From: Acanthaster planci
Lineage: Eukaryota
NCBI RefSeq assembly: GCF_001949145.1
Contig: NW_019091355.1
Coordinates: 5,157,518-5,221,517, forward strand
Direction: 5' to 3'
Length of the DNA: 64,000 nucleotides
The notes beneath the pieces were generated by a model. The model saw only the letters and a program-made list of their open reading frames with translations. It made no database searches and had not been told where the DNA came from. Positions 51,801 to 59,465 of this stretch are shown here, piece by piece (the first letter of the stretch is position 1; each line of letters begins with the position of its first letter). A program made the position numbers and the translations under genes.

Positions 51801-53242
51801 GCTGCCTTCTGAGGAACTCCAACATGGTGTAAATGTATGCACATTTATATGGTCATCTTGAAATGCGAAGTATGTGCTTATTTCTGCTTTTTTTTCAACA
51901 TATCAATTCCCATGTAACACCAGTTTTCAACCTATGATGTTAAAACCAAACATGTACACTGCAAGTTCATATAATAGGCCCCAATACCATGCATGTATAC
52001 AATTTTCGCTGACCTGATTGGATCACATCAAGATGGCTAACTCTGGTTGGAGAAAATTTCTGCTACAGTGTAGACTACAACTAAAACTTCAATTTATTTG
52101 TTCCCTGAGTTGCGCACATAATGAATGTTTATGAAAACAATAGTAAGAATAACTTCATAAGGTGACAGACTGAACATTCTATTCATGAGGCAAATCTGAG
52201 TGGAAAAGGACATTCAGTCTGTCACCAAATAAATTTCTTTCCACTGCGTGAACCTGAAACATTCATCATTTGTTTTACACAACGTTTGAACAAATCATCT
52301 GTAAACCTTGCGTGCATGTACAAGTTGCCAAGTTACGGTACTTTGTCAGTCATACAAATGCAACATGAAGTTCTCACGGTCAACCTTAGCTCATGTTTAA
52401 AACAGACAATCATGTGTGCCTTACAGTTTGCTCTAATTGTTTGACAACCTATTTTGTGTCTTTGCATTTGAAGCATAACTTTTACTTACATAAACTTCTT
52501 ACTTATTACTTACTTACTTCATAAAAATCCATATATCTGACAGACGACAAAATGTGGCCTATGGGAAATGGTCACAGCTGCTAGCCAGGGGCTATCATTC
52601 TGTGCTACATCTAGCCATCACATGGTCATTTCAAGATGGAGAAAGGTACACGTCTGCTTGCACAATGCGATCCACGAGTAATGTGCACCCAACAATGTCC
52701 TGCACGAGATTTGAAGCTTTCCATATTGGAAGTAGCAAGCAAACTAGATACGTTTGCGGTAGCACCATGGATTTATCTCCTTTTTTGAGTATTTGGGGTT
52801 CTGAAAAGAACCGGTTGTACTCAATGTTTGGAACAGTACGTGTATGCTCTGTCCGTCGTCAGGAGACTGACAGACATACATGTACTGTCCGAAACGTTGA
52901 GTACCACCCGTTCTTTTCAGAACCCCACATACTCAAAAAAAGGAGATATATCCATGGTGCTACCGTAAACCTGTCTACATGTAGTTTAAATGTCCTGCAT
53001 CTTCCCCCTTCCCTCCCCCATCAGGAATACCATGCAGAAGCGCAGCCAAGGAATCTCACCTTGCAGAAAAGCGGCAACATCATGTAGAGCTTGTCCTCCT
53101 GTTCCTTCTGGGAGAGCGGCTGGGCCGTGCAGCACAGCTCCACGTAAAGCTTCCTCAGGTGCATCAGGCCCAGCGAGTTGTCCTGGGCTGAGGACGGCGA
53201 GCGCCGCATGGAGTTCTTCACAAACCTGCGCATGGTGTTCAT
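842..53242 (-). CDS. WDFY3: WD repeat and FYVE domain-containing protein 3 (Alfy), N-terminal ~1952 codons in 33 exons; gene continues beyond window start
   Basis: Spliced translation is collinear with recalled human WDFY3 (QDNSLGLMHLRKL, LPSTLVKCLYLFFDLP, LFSAITSWCPP, SHRSRTVFRKVGGFVY, VPLTRVKCLVSMTTP, DVEGLYAAVKALVCVVK, LLNSHILHLTFSLVGT, EYPVTL). All intron phases match; donors are GT except one GC; acceptors are AG. Confidence 0.96.
1103..1346 (+). mobile_element. MITE family A, copy 1
   Basis: TIR gggtaattccagaaat / atttctggaattaccc; flanked by agct on both sides; near-identical copies at 38588 and 41604. Confidence 0.9.
2080..2374. mobile_element. MITE-like element with repeated tcaacc/ggttga motifs
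   Basis: ggcct...aggcc ends; many internal tcaaccc/gggttga short palindromes. Confidence 0.5.
2740..3232. mobile_element. Non-autonomous hAT element
   Basis: 16-bp perfect TIR tagggatcaaccgatg; 8-bp TSD cttttggc/cttctggc (7/8 match); subterminal ccgat repeats. Confidence 0.85.
2860..3033 (+). mobile_element. TTAA-flanked piggyBac-like element nested in the hAT element (contains gap)
   Basis: TTAA|ccccttcgcgccgg ... ccggagcgaagggg|TTAA. Confidence 0.8.
3989..4220. mobile_element. MITE-like element, unclassified
   Basis: Termini atagaccctttcc / ggaaaatggtctat. Confidence 0.5.
4499..4672 (-). CDS. WDFY3: WDFY3 coding exon 32 (TVDPDEE...ANTEQ)
   Basis: EYPVTLIQFLLYLYHN; 174 nt. Confidence 0.93.
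4970..5053. mobile_element. Tc1/mariner-type MITE
   Basis: TA|cagtgaaacgccgctata ... tatagcggcgttccactg|TA. Confidence 0.8.
5545..5679 (-). CDS. WDFY3: WDFY3 coding exon 31 (LDLNSMWQFIFGVP...MLNH)
   Basis: 135 nt; AG/GT. Confidence 0.93.
6252..6439 (-). CDS. WDFY3: WDFY3 coding exon 30 (GFNLGK...ELPENCQ)
   Basis: ACHMPGF and LYFLLMA; 188 nt. Confidence 0.94.
6681..6898 (-). CDS. WDFY3: WDFY3 coding exon 29 (NCEEIHKVLGYDW...GVVL)
   Basis: GGGWLE; 218 nt. Confidence 0.94.
7539..7665 (-). CDS. WDFY3: WDFY3 coding exon 28 (DNESIS...HSISP)
   Basis: LRNVLLDVILKL; 127 nt. Confidence 0.9.
7896..8011 (-). CDS. WDFY3: WDFY3 coding exon 27 (FGQFLASTLP...RGSR)
   Basis: 116 nt; donor G|gtgaa; phase consistent. 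Confidence 0.88.
8817..9052 (-). CDS. WDFY3: WDFY3 coding exon 26 (VWHNAPYDL...SADLL)
   Basis: Read manually; ELLTDSSEADKN; 236 nt. Confidence 0.93.
9839..9991 (-). CDS. WDFY3: WDFY3 coding exon 25 (ILAFLLK...LLCDLE)
   Basis: LLNSHILHLTFSLVGT; 153 nt. Confidence 0.95.
10654..10844 (-). CDS. WDFY3: WDFY3 coding exon 24 (GVRTFCPKP...RGYQ)
   Basis: DVEGLYAAVKALVCVVK; 191 nt. Confidence 0.95.
11032..11143 (-). CDS. WDFY3: WDFY3 coding exon 23 (LNLSTHENSTP...LIGNI)
   Basis: IHNSA; 112 nt; AG/GT. Confidence 0.93.
11801..11952 (-). CDS. WDFY3: WDFY3 coding exon 22 (EFSPVK...SVAKQ)
   Basis: PEEK and IRKTFNKFDSK; 152 nt. Confidence 0.92.
12439..12897 (-). mobile_element. TTAA-flanked piggyBac-like element(s); extra terminus at 12588 suggests nesting
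   Basis: TTAA|ccccttca at 12439; gaagggg|TTAA at 12588 and 12897; the end at 12897 is the reverse complement of the 2860 end. Confidence 0.75.
13113..13341 (-). CDS. WDFY3: WDFY3 coding exon 21 (VPYIQT...GSFQAPRQE)
   Basis: VYAYVGTPP and WRLGP; 229 nt. Confidence 0.93.
14157..14317 (-). CDS. WDFY3: WDFY3 coding exon 20 (DDKLDY...EGKWHHL...HSHK)
   Basis: Read manually; WHHL...LKNS...LYVDG; 161 nt. Confidence 0.92.
14545..14766 (-). CDS. WDFY3: WDFY3 coding exon 19 (GERAFPPQTGLTYSVWFC...SKV)
   Basis: HPVRLLT; 222 nt; AG/GT. Confidence 0.93.
15168..15269 (-). mobile_element. tRNA-derived repeat head, family B (diverged copy)
   Basis: Shares aaatttcacaagcttactcgggt...gaaccca with 39160-39260. 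Confidence 0.7.
15890..16383 (-). CDS. WDFY3: WDFY3 coding exon 18 (DFLRLGNPLNC...SGVGT)
   Basis: VPLTRVKCLVSMTTP; 494 nt; AG/GT. Confidence 0.94.
16848..17062 (-). CDS. WDFY3: WDFY3 coding exon 17 (FALRLQ...ALEPKDL)
   Basis: ERNQQVMCE and ERLASQALEP; 215 nt. Confidence 0.94.
17429..17711 (-). CDS. WDFY3: WDFY3 coding exon 16 (Pro/Ser-rich linker + IVHPGAVLSMLDLL)
   Basis: Open frame across 283 nt; ends in the conserved HPGA...MLDLL; AG/GT. Confidence 0.88.
18095..18181 (-). CDS. WDFY3: WDFY3 coding exon 15 (NPDHLSDGLRSSCLLLRCLYDTAIDAFS)
   Basis: Read manually; aligns with recalled LYKVATDSF; 87 nt; phase 2-2. Confidence 0.85.
19075..19223 (-). CDS. WDFY3: WDFY3 coding exon 14 (IRYESLTEDIRRLGCFSD...FDID)
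   Basis: Read manually; LGCFSD and SNTEPF; 149 nt; AG/GT. Confidence 0.9.
19861..19961 (-). CDS. WDFY3: WDFY3 coding exon 13 (PKDQVF...FFASE)
   Basis: TLTAAMRQEPAN; 101 nt; AG/GT. Confidence 0.93.
20398..20536 (-). CDS. WDFY3: WDFY3 coding exon 12 (SLLNVLRDSHRSRTVF...PWDT)
   Basis: 139 nt; AG/GT. Confidence 0.94.
21365..21618 (+). mobile_element. tRNA-derived SINE, same family as 54832-55092 (diverged)
   Basis: Collinear blocks ccttgggaaagtcactt, accagcattagct, tggcatccca, ataaacaccggcct; fragments also near 5980, 33700 and 59610. Confidence 0.7.
22117..22310 (-). CDS. WDFY3: WDFY3 coding exon 11 (VFREIGGARC...KTDILQ)
   Basis: DDMGTLLGLM; 194 nt; AG/GT. Confidence 0.94.
22778..22879 (-). 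CDS. WDFY3: WDFY3 coding exon 10 (SVPEVNIPEEDQDLAFLVMDCLTLLLHENNDNA)
   Basis: Read manually; 102 nt; AG/GT; alternative in-frame acceptor 6 nt downstream. Confidence 0.88.
23323..23495 (-). CDS. WDFY3: WDFY3 coding exon 9 (DVGCMI...TKEEI)
   Basis: KDVYREVGLL; 173 nt; AG/GT. Confidence 0.9.
24300..24544 (-). CDS. WDFY3: WDFY3 coding exon 8 (ATTGSL...SLLIKAG)
   Basis: DNANYFILEPQHTLSQF; 245 nt; AG/GT. Confidence 0.94.
25798..25853 (-). CDS. WDFY3: WDFY3 coding exon 7 (GNSVRNLQAFQVLQTIFLK)
   Basis: Read manually; matches recalled SVRNVQAFAVLQNAFLK; 56 nt; AG/GT. Confidence 0.92.
26561..27330. repeat. Diverged tandem repeat, unit ~115-170 nt
   Basis: Anchor ttgrcrggttggatgctcgg at about 26561, 26681, 26851, 26965, 27081 and 27221, each followed by a ggtttggata-like motif. 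Confidence 0.8.
28457..28623 (-). CDS. WDFY3: WDFY3 coding exon 6 (LESMGDEE...PQPSGN)
   Basis: AG/GT; 167 nt; APFQVQGFTLPQPSG. Confidence 0.92.
28989..29175 (-). CDS. WDFY3: WDFY3 coding exon 5 (NKGCLALC...FLADFVLK), GC donor
   Basis: CFLKDSSD motif; the frame requires donor AA|gcaagt; 187 nt. Confidence 0.88.
29258..29799. mobile_element. MITE with long TIR (Harbinger-like termini), interrupted
   Basis: atagagctgcttaagcacaaaatctgcttaagcg vs cgcttaagcaaattttgtgcttaagcagctctat. Confidence 0.8.
29300..29605. mobile_element. TTAA-flanked piggyBac-like element inserted in the left TIR of the MITE above
   Basis: TTAA|ccccttcgcg ... gtcgagggg|TTAA; removing it restores the host TIR. Confidence 0.8.
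33269..33461 (-). CDS. WDFY3: WDFY3 coding exon 4 (LLVKLC...VQYIH)
   Basis: KDDLTLLFSAITSWCPP; AG/GT; 193 nt. Confidence 0.94.
36468..36769 (-). CDS. WDFY3: WDFY3 coding exon 3 (EAASCSIAEYL...LLHKYVVQ)
   Basis: GWMLLSTLNLLA and LPSTLVKCLYLFFDLP; AG/GT; 302 nt. Confidence 0.93.
38588..38830 (+). mobile_element. MITE family A, copy 2
   Basis: Highly similar to 1103-1346 over its full length. Confidence 0.9.
39160..39260 (-). mobile_element. tRNA-derived repeat head, family B
   Basis: A-box tggtcgagcgg and B-box ggttcgagtcc on the minus strand; second copy at 15168-15269. Confidence 0.7.
39993..40445. mobile_element. TTAA-flanked non-autonomous element
   Basis: TTAA|ccacttcgggccgggga ... tccccggtagcaagtgg|TTAA. 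Confidence 0.7.
41604..41840 (-). mobile_element. MITE family A, copy 3 (inverted)
   Basis: Reverse complement of 1103-1346 with small indels. Confidence 0.88.
44185..44329. mobile_element. Palindromic MITE
   Basis: gggcgctatatgagcaagcgatatgcctg / caggcgtatcgcttgctcaaatggcgccc plus an inner inverted pair. Confidence 0.75.
47544..47667 (-). CDS. WDFY3: WDFY3 coding exon 2 (VFENSPG...IRRKASDQST)
   Basis: Not in the ORF track; read manually; cag|GTA...ACAG|gtggg; 124 nt. Confidence 0.92.
52752..52970. repeat. Long palindrome, Penelope-like inverted terminal fragment
   Basis: Arms of ~95 nt (gtttgcggtagcaccatgga... / ...tccatggtgctaccgtaaac); centre carries a hammerhead-like CTGACGA...AAAC. 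Confidence 0.7.
53060..53242 (-). CDS. WDFY3: WDFY3 coding exon 1 (MNTMRR...LPLFCK)
   Basis: ATG at 53242; matches the WDFY3 N-terminus; donor AAG|gtgag; 183 nt. Confidence 0.93.
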
Positions 53243-53426
53243 CTTGGGGCCTTGGGGAGGGGGAGGCCTCAGGGCCGGCCGGCCAGACCAACCAGGCTCG
53301 CTTGGGTCAGTCCGTCACAGTTGACCGATGGGGCGAGGCTGGTGAGTGATGATGGGCCTCGGCATTGGATTTTGCCCTTTGTGTATCACAATAATGTCCT
53401 GAAATTCATGGCAGGTGACTCTACAG
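53243..53426 (-). other. Probable 5' UTR part of the first coding exon
   Basis: Acceptor gatttcttgtcttcag at 53427; implies upstream non-coding exon(s) that were not located. Confidence 0.5.
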
Positions 53427-54443
53427 CTGAAGACAAGAAATCAAACAAAAACAATTATTCATACTGAGATGCACAGTCAGTGAACATGGCAAGCAATGAA
53501 ACCTTTGAATTTAACCATTTTTGCACAGAAATCAATCAACATTTAATTTTAATGATACTGACATCTGACAACTCTAGACTTGTCTAGACCTGCTTAACGT
53601 TACGCTGTAACAATTCATTGTTATGAATCTAAGCCAATTGTCACTGTTACTGCTACGATGCAGTTCACACATTAAACACAATTTCTAACAACTGCCAACA
53701 CAGCTGATAAGTTTCTGTTTGAGTGAGAATGCAGATATCACTGGTCCCATAGCATACTGTCATTTCTAACCAGTGAGTGATGATTACCAAGGAAGCATCC
53801 TCCCCAGGGGAGGAATCACGATACATGTACATGTACATGTATGTAGGGGTATGTGTGTGTCACTGAAGGGGACAGGTTGACAAAAATGCTTGGTATGTAA
53901 AGCCCTTAAGCTGCCCATAACAAAATTGGTTTTCATGCTCCCAGCCCTGCGAAGGGATTAAGAAATACCTTGCTTGAAGTGAAAAGTAACATTTATGTTA
54001 TGAAATCTGTCCATCTGACATGCAAATGCATGCAAGAACTACACGTAGGTGATGTCTCAAAATAAACCTTTTTTGGCAAAAACTGTACACGTTCATGTAC
54101 ACATGTACATCTGGTGATCAACAAATGATACCAACCTAGTTCAAAACTGAGGGAACCATGACATCTTGAGGGGCAGCAAATGGTTTGTTGTGTAATGTCA
54201 GCAGGTCATGAATGTCGCATAAAATATGAGAAGTTGTTACTTACATCTAAATGAATTTAAGCATTACAATGCGAGCACTGATAATTATCAATTAAGCAAA
54301 ATTCAGCAGGGAACCAGTCAAGAGCAGTATATCAGTGCACTATATAATGGTACATGTGTGTTCATTTTGGCTGGTGAAGAACCTTGCTCACCTATTAAAA
54401 GGGAGCATTTTCTGTGGCCAGGTCCACATATTGTACATGTATT

Positions 54444-54662
54444 GGGCAGCGTGGACATCCGGGAGTTTCACAAAATATGGGTAGCAACTACACCGTGGCC
54501 GGTGAAAACAACTGTAACGAGCGCGCGCGTACTACAGATCAAACAAAAGATTGTATAACCCGATCCTCGGACTGGCTGGTGCGTGCGTACGTCGCCAAGG
54601 TCGCTGTTTTCACCGGCGCAGTACCTGTCTTTTTGCGAGAATCCCGGATGTCCGCGCTGCCC
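54444..54662. mobile_element. MITE with ~30-bp TIR
   Basis: gggcagcgtggacatccggga / tcccggatgtccgcgctgccc. Confidence 0.8.
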
Positions 54663-54831
54663 CACATATATGTAAACTTGACAGCAGCTTGGAACTACAC
54701 AGGCATCTATGGTAGTGGCCACAGCCAGTTCTCATAATCTTGTCCGTAGTTCCAAGCCACAGCCAAGTGATTCGGATGGGGCCGTGCTTCAGAACAGGAA
54801 AAAACCAAGCAAGTCTGGTCCAAGCCAATTT

Positions 54832-55092
54832 GGCTCATCAGGCCGGTGTTTATCTCCAGTTTCCTTTGCATGAAACGACTGAGAGTATTTTTATTCCCCC
54901 TGGATGGGATGCCAGTCCATCGCAGGTTGCTTCCCCAGCTAATGCTGGTACCCATAGATACATACTCCTGGTTGAAGAGAGAGAAGAGCAGGGGTGAAGA
55001 GGCATTGCCAAGGGCCACAACATACTGCCAGCAGCTGGACTCGAACCTCCAACCCTATGATTGGAGGCCACAAACTCTAACCACTTAGCCAC
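54832..55092 (-). mobile_element. tRNA-derived SINE (Deu/Nin-domain-like)
   Basis: A-box tggctaagtgg and B-box ggttcgagtcc on the minus strand; conserved body; homologous to 21365-21618. Confidence 0.75.
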
Positions 55093-58000
55093 ATGCCCAC
55101 AGGAAACTGGCTCAGAATGTTGACGGTGTCTACATTAAGAACAGGTTTTCGCTGTTTTCTCAAAACAGTGAATTAAACATCAATTATCCGTACCTGTACC
55201 AAAGTATTCATGCACATGTACACGTGCTGTGTGGGCACTTCCGTTGTGCCACTGCAAAAAATTTCAATGGCCAAAAATGCAGCAAAATGCAAATGGTCCC
55301 TGAGAGTGTGGCTTATGAAAACAATGTTGGACGTCTTTTGAATGAGCTGTACCTAACCACATGTATACATGTACATGTACTGTAGGCTATGTTACGCATG
55401 TACATGTACATGTACCGTACTACTGTTGGCATACGGTATTGTACATGTGCACGTACTCCAATATTCACTAGTGCCTTGACTAAATCTAAAATAACATGAG
55501 TCATGTCATGAATAAAAAAGCAAAAGATTGTTGGCAGCCAACGGCTGCAGGGCTGTTGGCATAAAATCTGCAAATTATATATCACATGCAGTTTAGATAA
55601 TGTACATGCATGGTGCACACTGGGTATACATGTATCACACATACAGAGAACATACATGTACGTACAGTGTATGTACACACATTGTAAATATTACGTGTAT
55701 ATGGCAATATTTAGGGGGGCACTTTAAATATTGATGTACATGTAACCATGGGGATTTGATCAATGTGACTGTGCCAGAGTAATCTATGATTTAACATGAG
55801 AAGACTGGCCTGAATTATGGGCAGAAACTGGAATGTGCTATTCGTTCCAATTTCACACACCTCGGTACAGGACATGTACATTTGTACATGAATCACGATT
55901 GCTGGTAATCCGATGCCAGATACAAAAATTGTACAACTGAAACATATGCCATACATACATGTACATGTCATCAAGGCACATGTACATATTGTACATATTA
56001 CATGACAGTCCTGTCTTTCAAACAGGTTGGAAAGGAATAACGAAAGGAGTGATCTCTCAGGGATGTAGAGTAACAATGAAAGGCTCCAGTTGTACGGATG
56101 GGGACAATTGGTCTGGGAATGACACTTCATTTGGGAAGCATTTAACCACCTGTGCTCATATACATGTATCTTTAAAATTAAAATGTCCAGTCAACTTCCA
56201 GTTGTGAGCAAGTGGCAAGGGTTGAACTTGAACCACGGAAGTGAGCAAGGTCTTTGCTAAGCGCCTCGTTAAAAACATGAAACATAACATACACGTACAA
56301 TGTACACAGCACAGTACTGTGACTAACAAGATTGTGTACATACAGTACGTACATGAAGACACGCGTATGCATTAAGTATTGAAAAATAGTTCTGTGAAAT
56401 GACATCAATTATTAACACCATAAACATTTTTAATATAGATCTGTAGTTTGACTGGTACCAGTACTTTTGGTTTTTTTTAACGAGACAAATTGCAGAGTAA
56501 ATGGCATTAATGCAAGTTACAAACTGTAAAATATGAGTTCCATAGCCTTTGGGACTATTCGTCAAAATAGATTTACTGATTTGTTTCAACCTGTACTAGT
56601 ACACGTCAAGGCCACAGACGGGATGTGGAAAACCTATCACCAGCATTAATGAAAAATGAAAAGTTTAGGTTTCAAAATAATCCATCACAATGTACAGTAT
56701 GTTCACTTTCAGCTGCTGTCGGAGTTATTTTTACATCAACAAATTTTCCCAGAATGAACATAAACACCTGTCAGTAGGCTGTAATTTGTACCTTACCACC
56801 TGTCTGATGAAACCACATGTACATGTACACAAGACACACACTTACACATCACATGTAAAGTGGTACAGTGTACATGTACTTACATGTACAGTCTGTACAC
56901 CCACACAAAGAAGATGCCATTATCATTAAGAACTCGATAAATAATTCCAAATTTCCTTTCATTGAAACGACTTTTGAATCCCCGTCTGAATATTTCATGC
57001 ACCCTTCTCACAGGAGATCAATTTGATCACTCTTGGATTTCATTATACATGTACATGTACTGCAGAGTGCATACAAGTACATGTACATGTACCAACAAAC
57101 GTCAAGATGATACAAGAGTGTTCTAAACATTTCTCTCAAGACATGTACATGTCTCTGTAAACATGTTAAAGGTACAAAAGGTCATTCTAGGGTTACAAAG
57201 TGATTTCAACTTAACCTTTGAATAACAAGATTTTTTAGCATGAGGAAGAATTACTTAATAATTTGATTAAAACCCTCCTTTTGCTGTAACAGTCAAAAAC
57301 AGTCAAAAATTCCTTCCACTTCTCTGTAAATGTATATAGACATATCATATGTCGCTTGGCTGATTTTGACTGACAGGACAACTGTGTTGAGAATCCATCT
57401 TTGCATAGGTTTAATTAATGGTATCATACCGTAAACATCTGGACCAGTTTTTAAAAACTAGCCAAATTCCATTATCATGCTGTCCTAATATCTTACTCAT
57501 TTCTGTGCATGCAAACTAAAACAAATCCAAATACATGTATTTATCAGACACTTTGAAATCAAACCAACATGCCACATTTGCTGCAAAAAATACTTGGAGT
57601 AGTGAACGCAAAACAAGAAACAACTGAATGGAGTGATAGCCGCAGCAATAAAAAAAAAGAATCCCAGATCAGTCAATTTTATAAAATACTACAGACAGAA
57701 TTTTTGCTTTTCTCCCCCTCCCTTCCAAGCCCTAACTCCCTACTGTATAAGCCGGTAATGTCCATTTCCCATGGGAGGGTGTCCATAGAATCAACTGCAC
57801 ATGAATGTGGGTGACTGACGGGCGTTTAATGATTATCATGATTCATGAATGTATGCCAAGCGTCACAGACACACAGCACCACAGTCGGTATAATCTGATC
57901 AAGTGTCGTGACACAGTTCGGCGGATTTGCTCTTAAGCGGTAGCTACTTCACAATAGGCACCCTGGCTCATGTATGTTCTCTCGTGAATCATACATTAAC

Positions 58001-59312
58001 ATGAATGTCTCACACACCACAGCTTCATTTGTGACAAGGCATTCCCGATTACGGGTAGAGCACTCAGCTACTGTAGATGTTTTAAAATTCACCCATTTTT
58101 GGGGCAAAATGTCACTGGAGGTTTACAAGCGTCAAAAAAAAGGAAGCAAAATGGGGGGGGGGGGAAATGGTGCTGAGGGAAGAGGTGTAGTCTCCTCTTG
58201 ACAAATGGCATGCTAGGCAATAAAGGGAAGTCGTACCATGTACAGTTTCATGAACAAACTACCCAGCAATGAGCTCGACATGGACTGGCGTCACAAGAGG
58301 ATTTGTCCACATTTAGTCTAGAACCAAAACAAAACAATTTGGACAGAGGACAGAAATGAACCCCGCTGATTAATTCCACTGCATCACAGGGTAGGCACAT
58401 GCGCTGCAGTCATCAAACAAATTTCTCTATTTTAGAGCAGAGAGCACTAATCTCACATCTAGCGTGGAATTGATATCATGTCTACCGTACGTGTACAGCA
58501 GCTGTGGCGGATTGGAAATGTCTGATGCACTATCATTCCTGGGCCCTTTTCCAATACTCGACTTGGGCTCTGTCTCAGGCTTCGTTCCCAAAACCAATCC
58601 CCGATTTTGGGCTTGAAGCGTTTAAATTGGATTACTGTAATTTCTGGCTCTCCTGCATCTTATTTGATGTTTTGTGGCACTTTTAAACTAATTACTGCGC
58701 TTACAGCTTCAATGTCGGCTAGTTAAAAAAACAGTTGAAGCCTGAGACGGAGCCGAAGTTGAAGATTGGAAAACGGCCCTGCTGTTTCTGAAAATCAAGC
58801 ACAGCCATGGCACTGAGCTGGTTCAATACCTGTATATGTACATGCACTAAATGTATAAACCGCCGAAGGGCACAGTATCTGCCCTGAGCTGAAGGGCTCC
58901 CCCAATTGGCAGCAGAAAGACAGGTGGTTACAAGCAGGTTCTTGCACGCGCTCTGCGTGTACGCAAAGACCATACAAGCCGGAATAAATTAGTTACGCAT
59001 ACTCAGCATGCTTTGCGTCAAACGTGCACATACTTTCGTGCCTCATGGCGTGCCTATGTGGTGAGTACCAAAAAATTCGCCCTCTTTTGTTCCGCTCGGA
59101 GCGGATACTGCAGGACATACCTGAACATGATATGAGGAATACATGTACTGTAAAGCGGTGTTGAGGTTAGTGACTTTGTTTCTGTGGTTTATGTAATACT
59201 TGCTCCATGAGTGTGACATGGCAGGAACCATGTGGCATGTGGCTCCCACAACTGGTCGTAGCGGTCAAGGTTATTACTTTTTGTGTTGTGGCCACTTCTG
59301 TTGCATTTAACA

Positions 59313-59465
59313 GCCCGTTCCCACTTGATCCAACAATTGGGGGATCTGATCCACCTTTTGCCAAATTGCCGGATCAGATNNNNNNNNNNNNNNNNNNNNN
59401 NNNCCTGCAATTGGCGGATCACGATCAGATGGGAACGCAAAAGGTGGATCTGATCCGGCAATTTG
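59313..59465. repeat. Inverted-repeat element around a small gap
   Basis: gatccaccttttg / caaaaggtggatc and caaattgccggatcagat / atctgatccggcaatttg. Confidence 0.55.
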
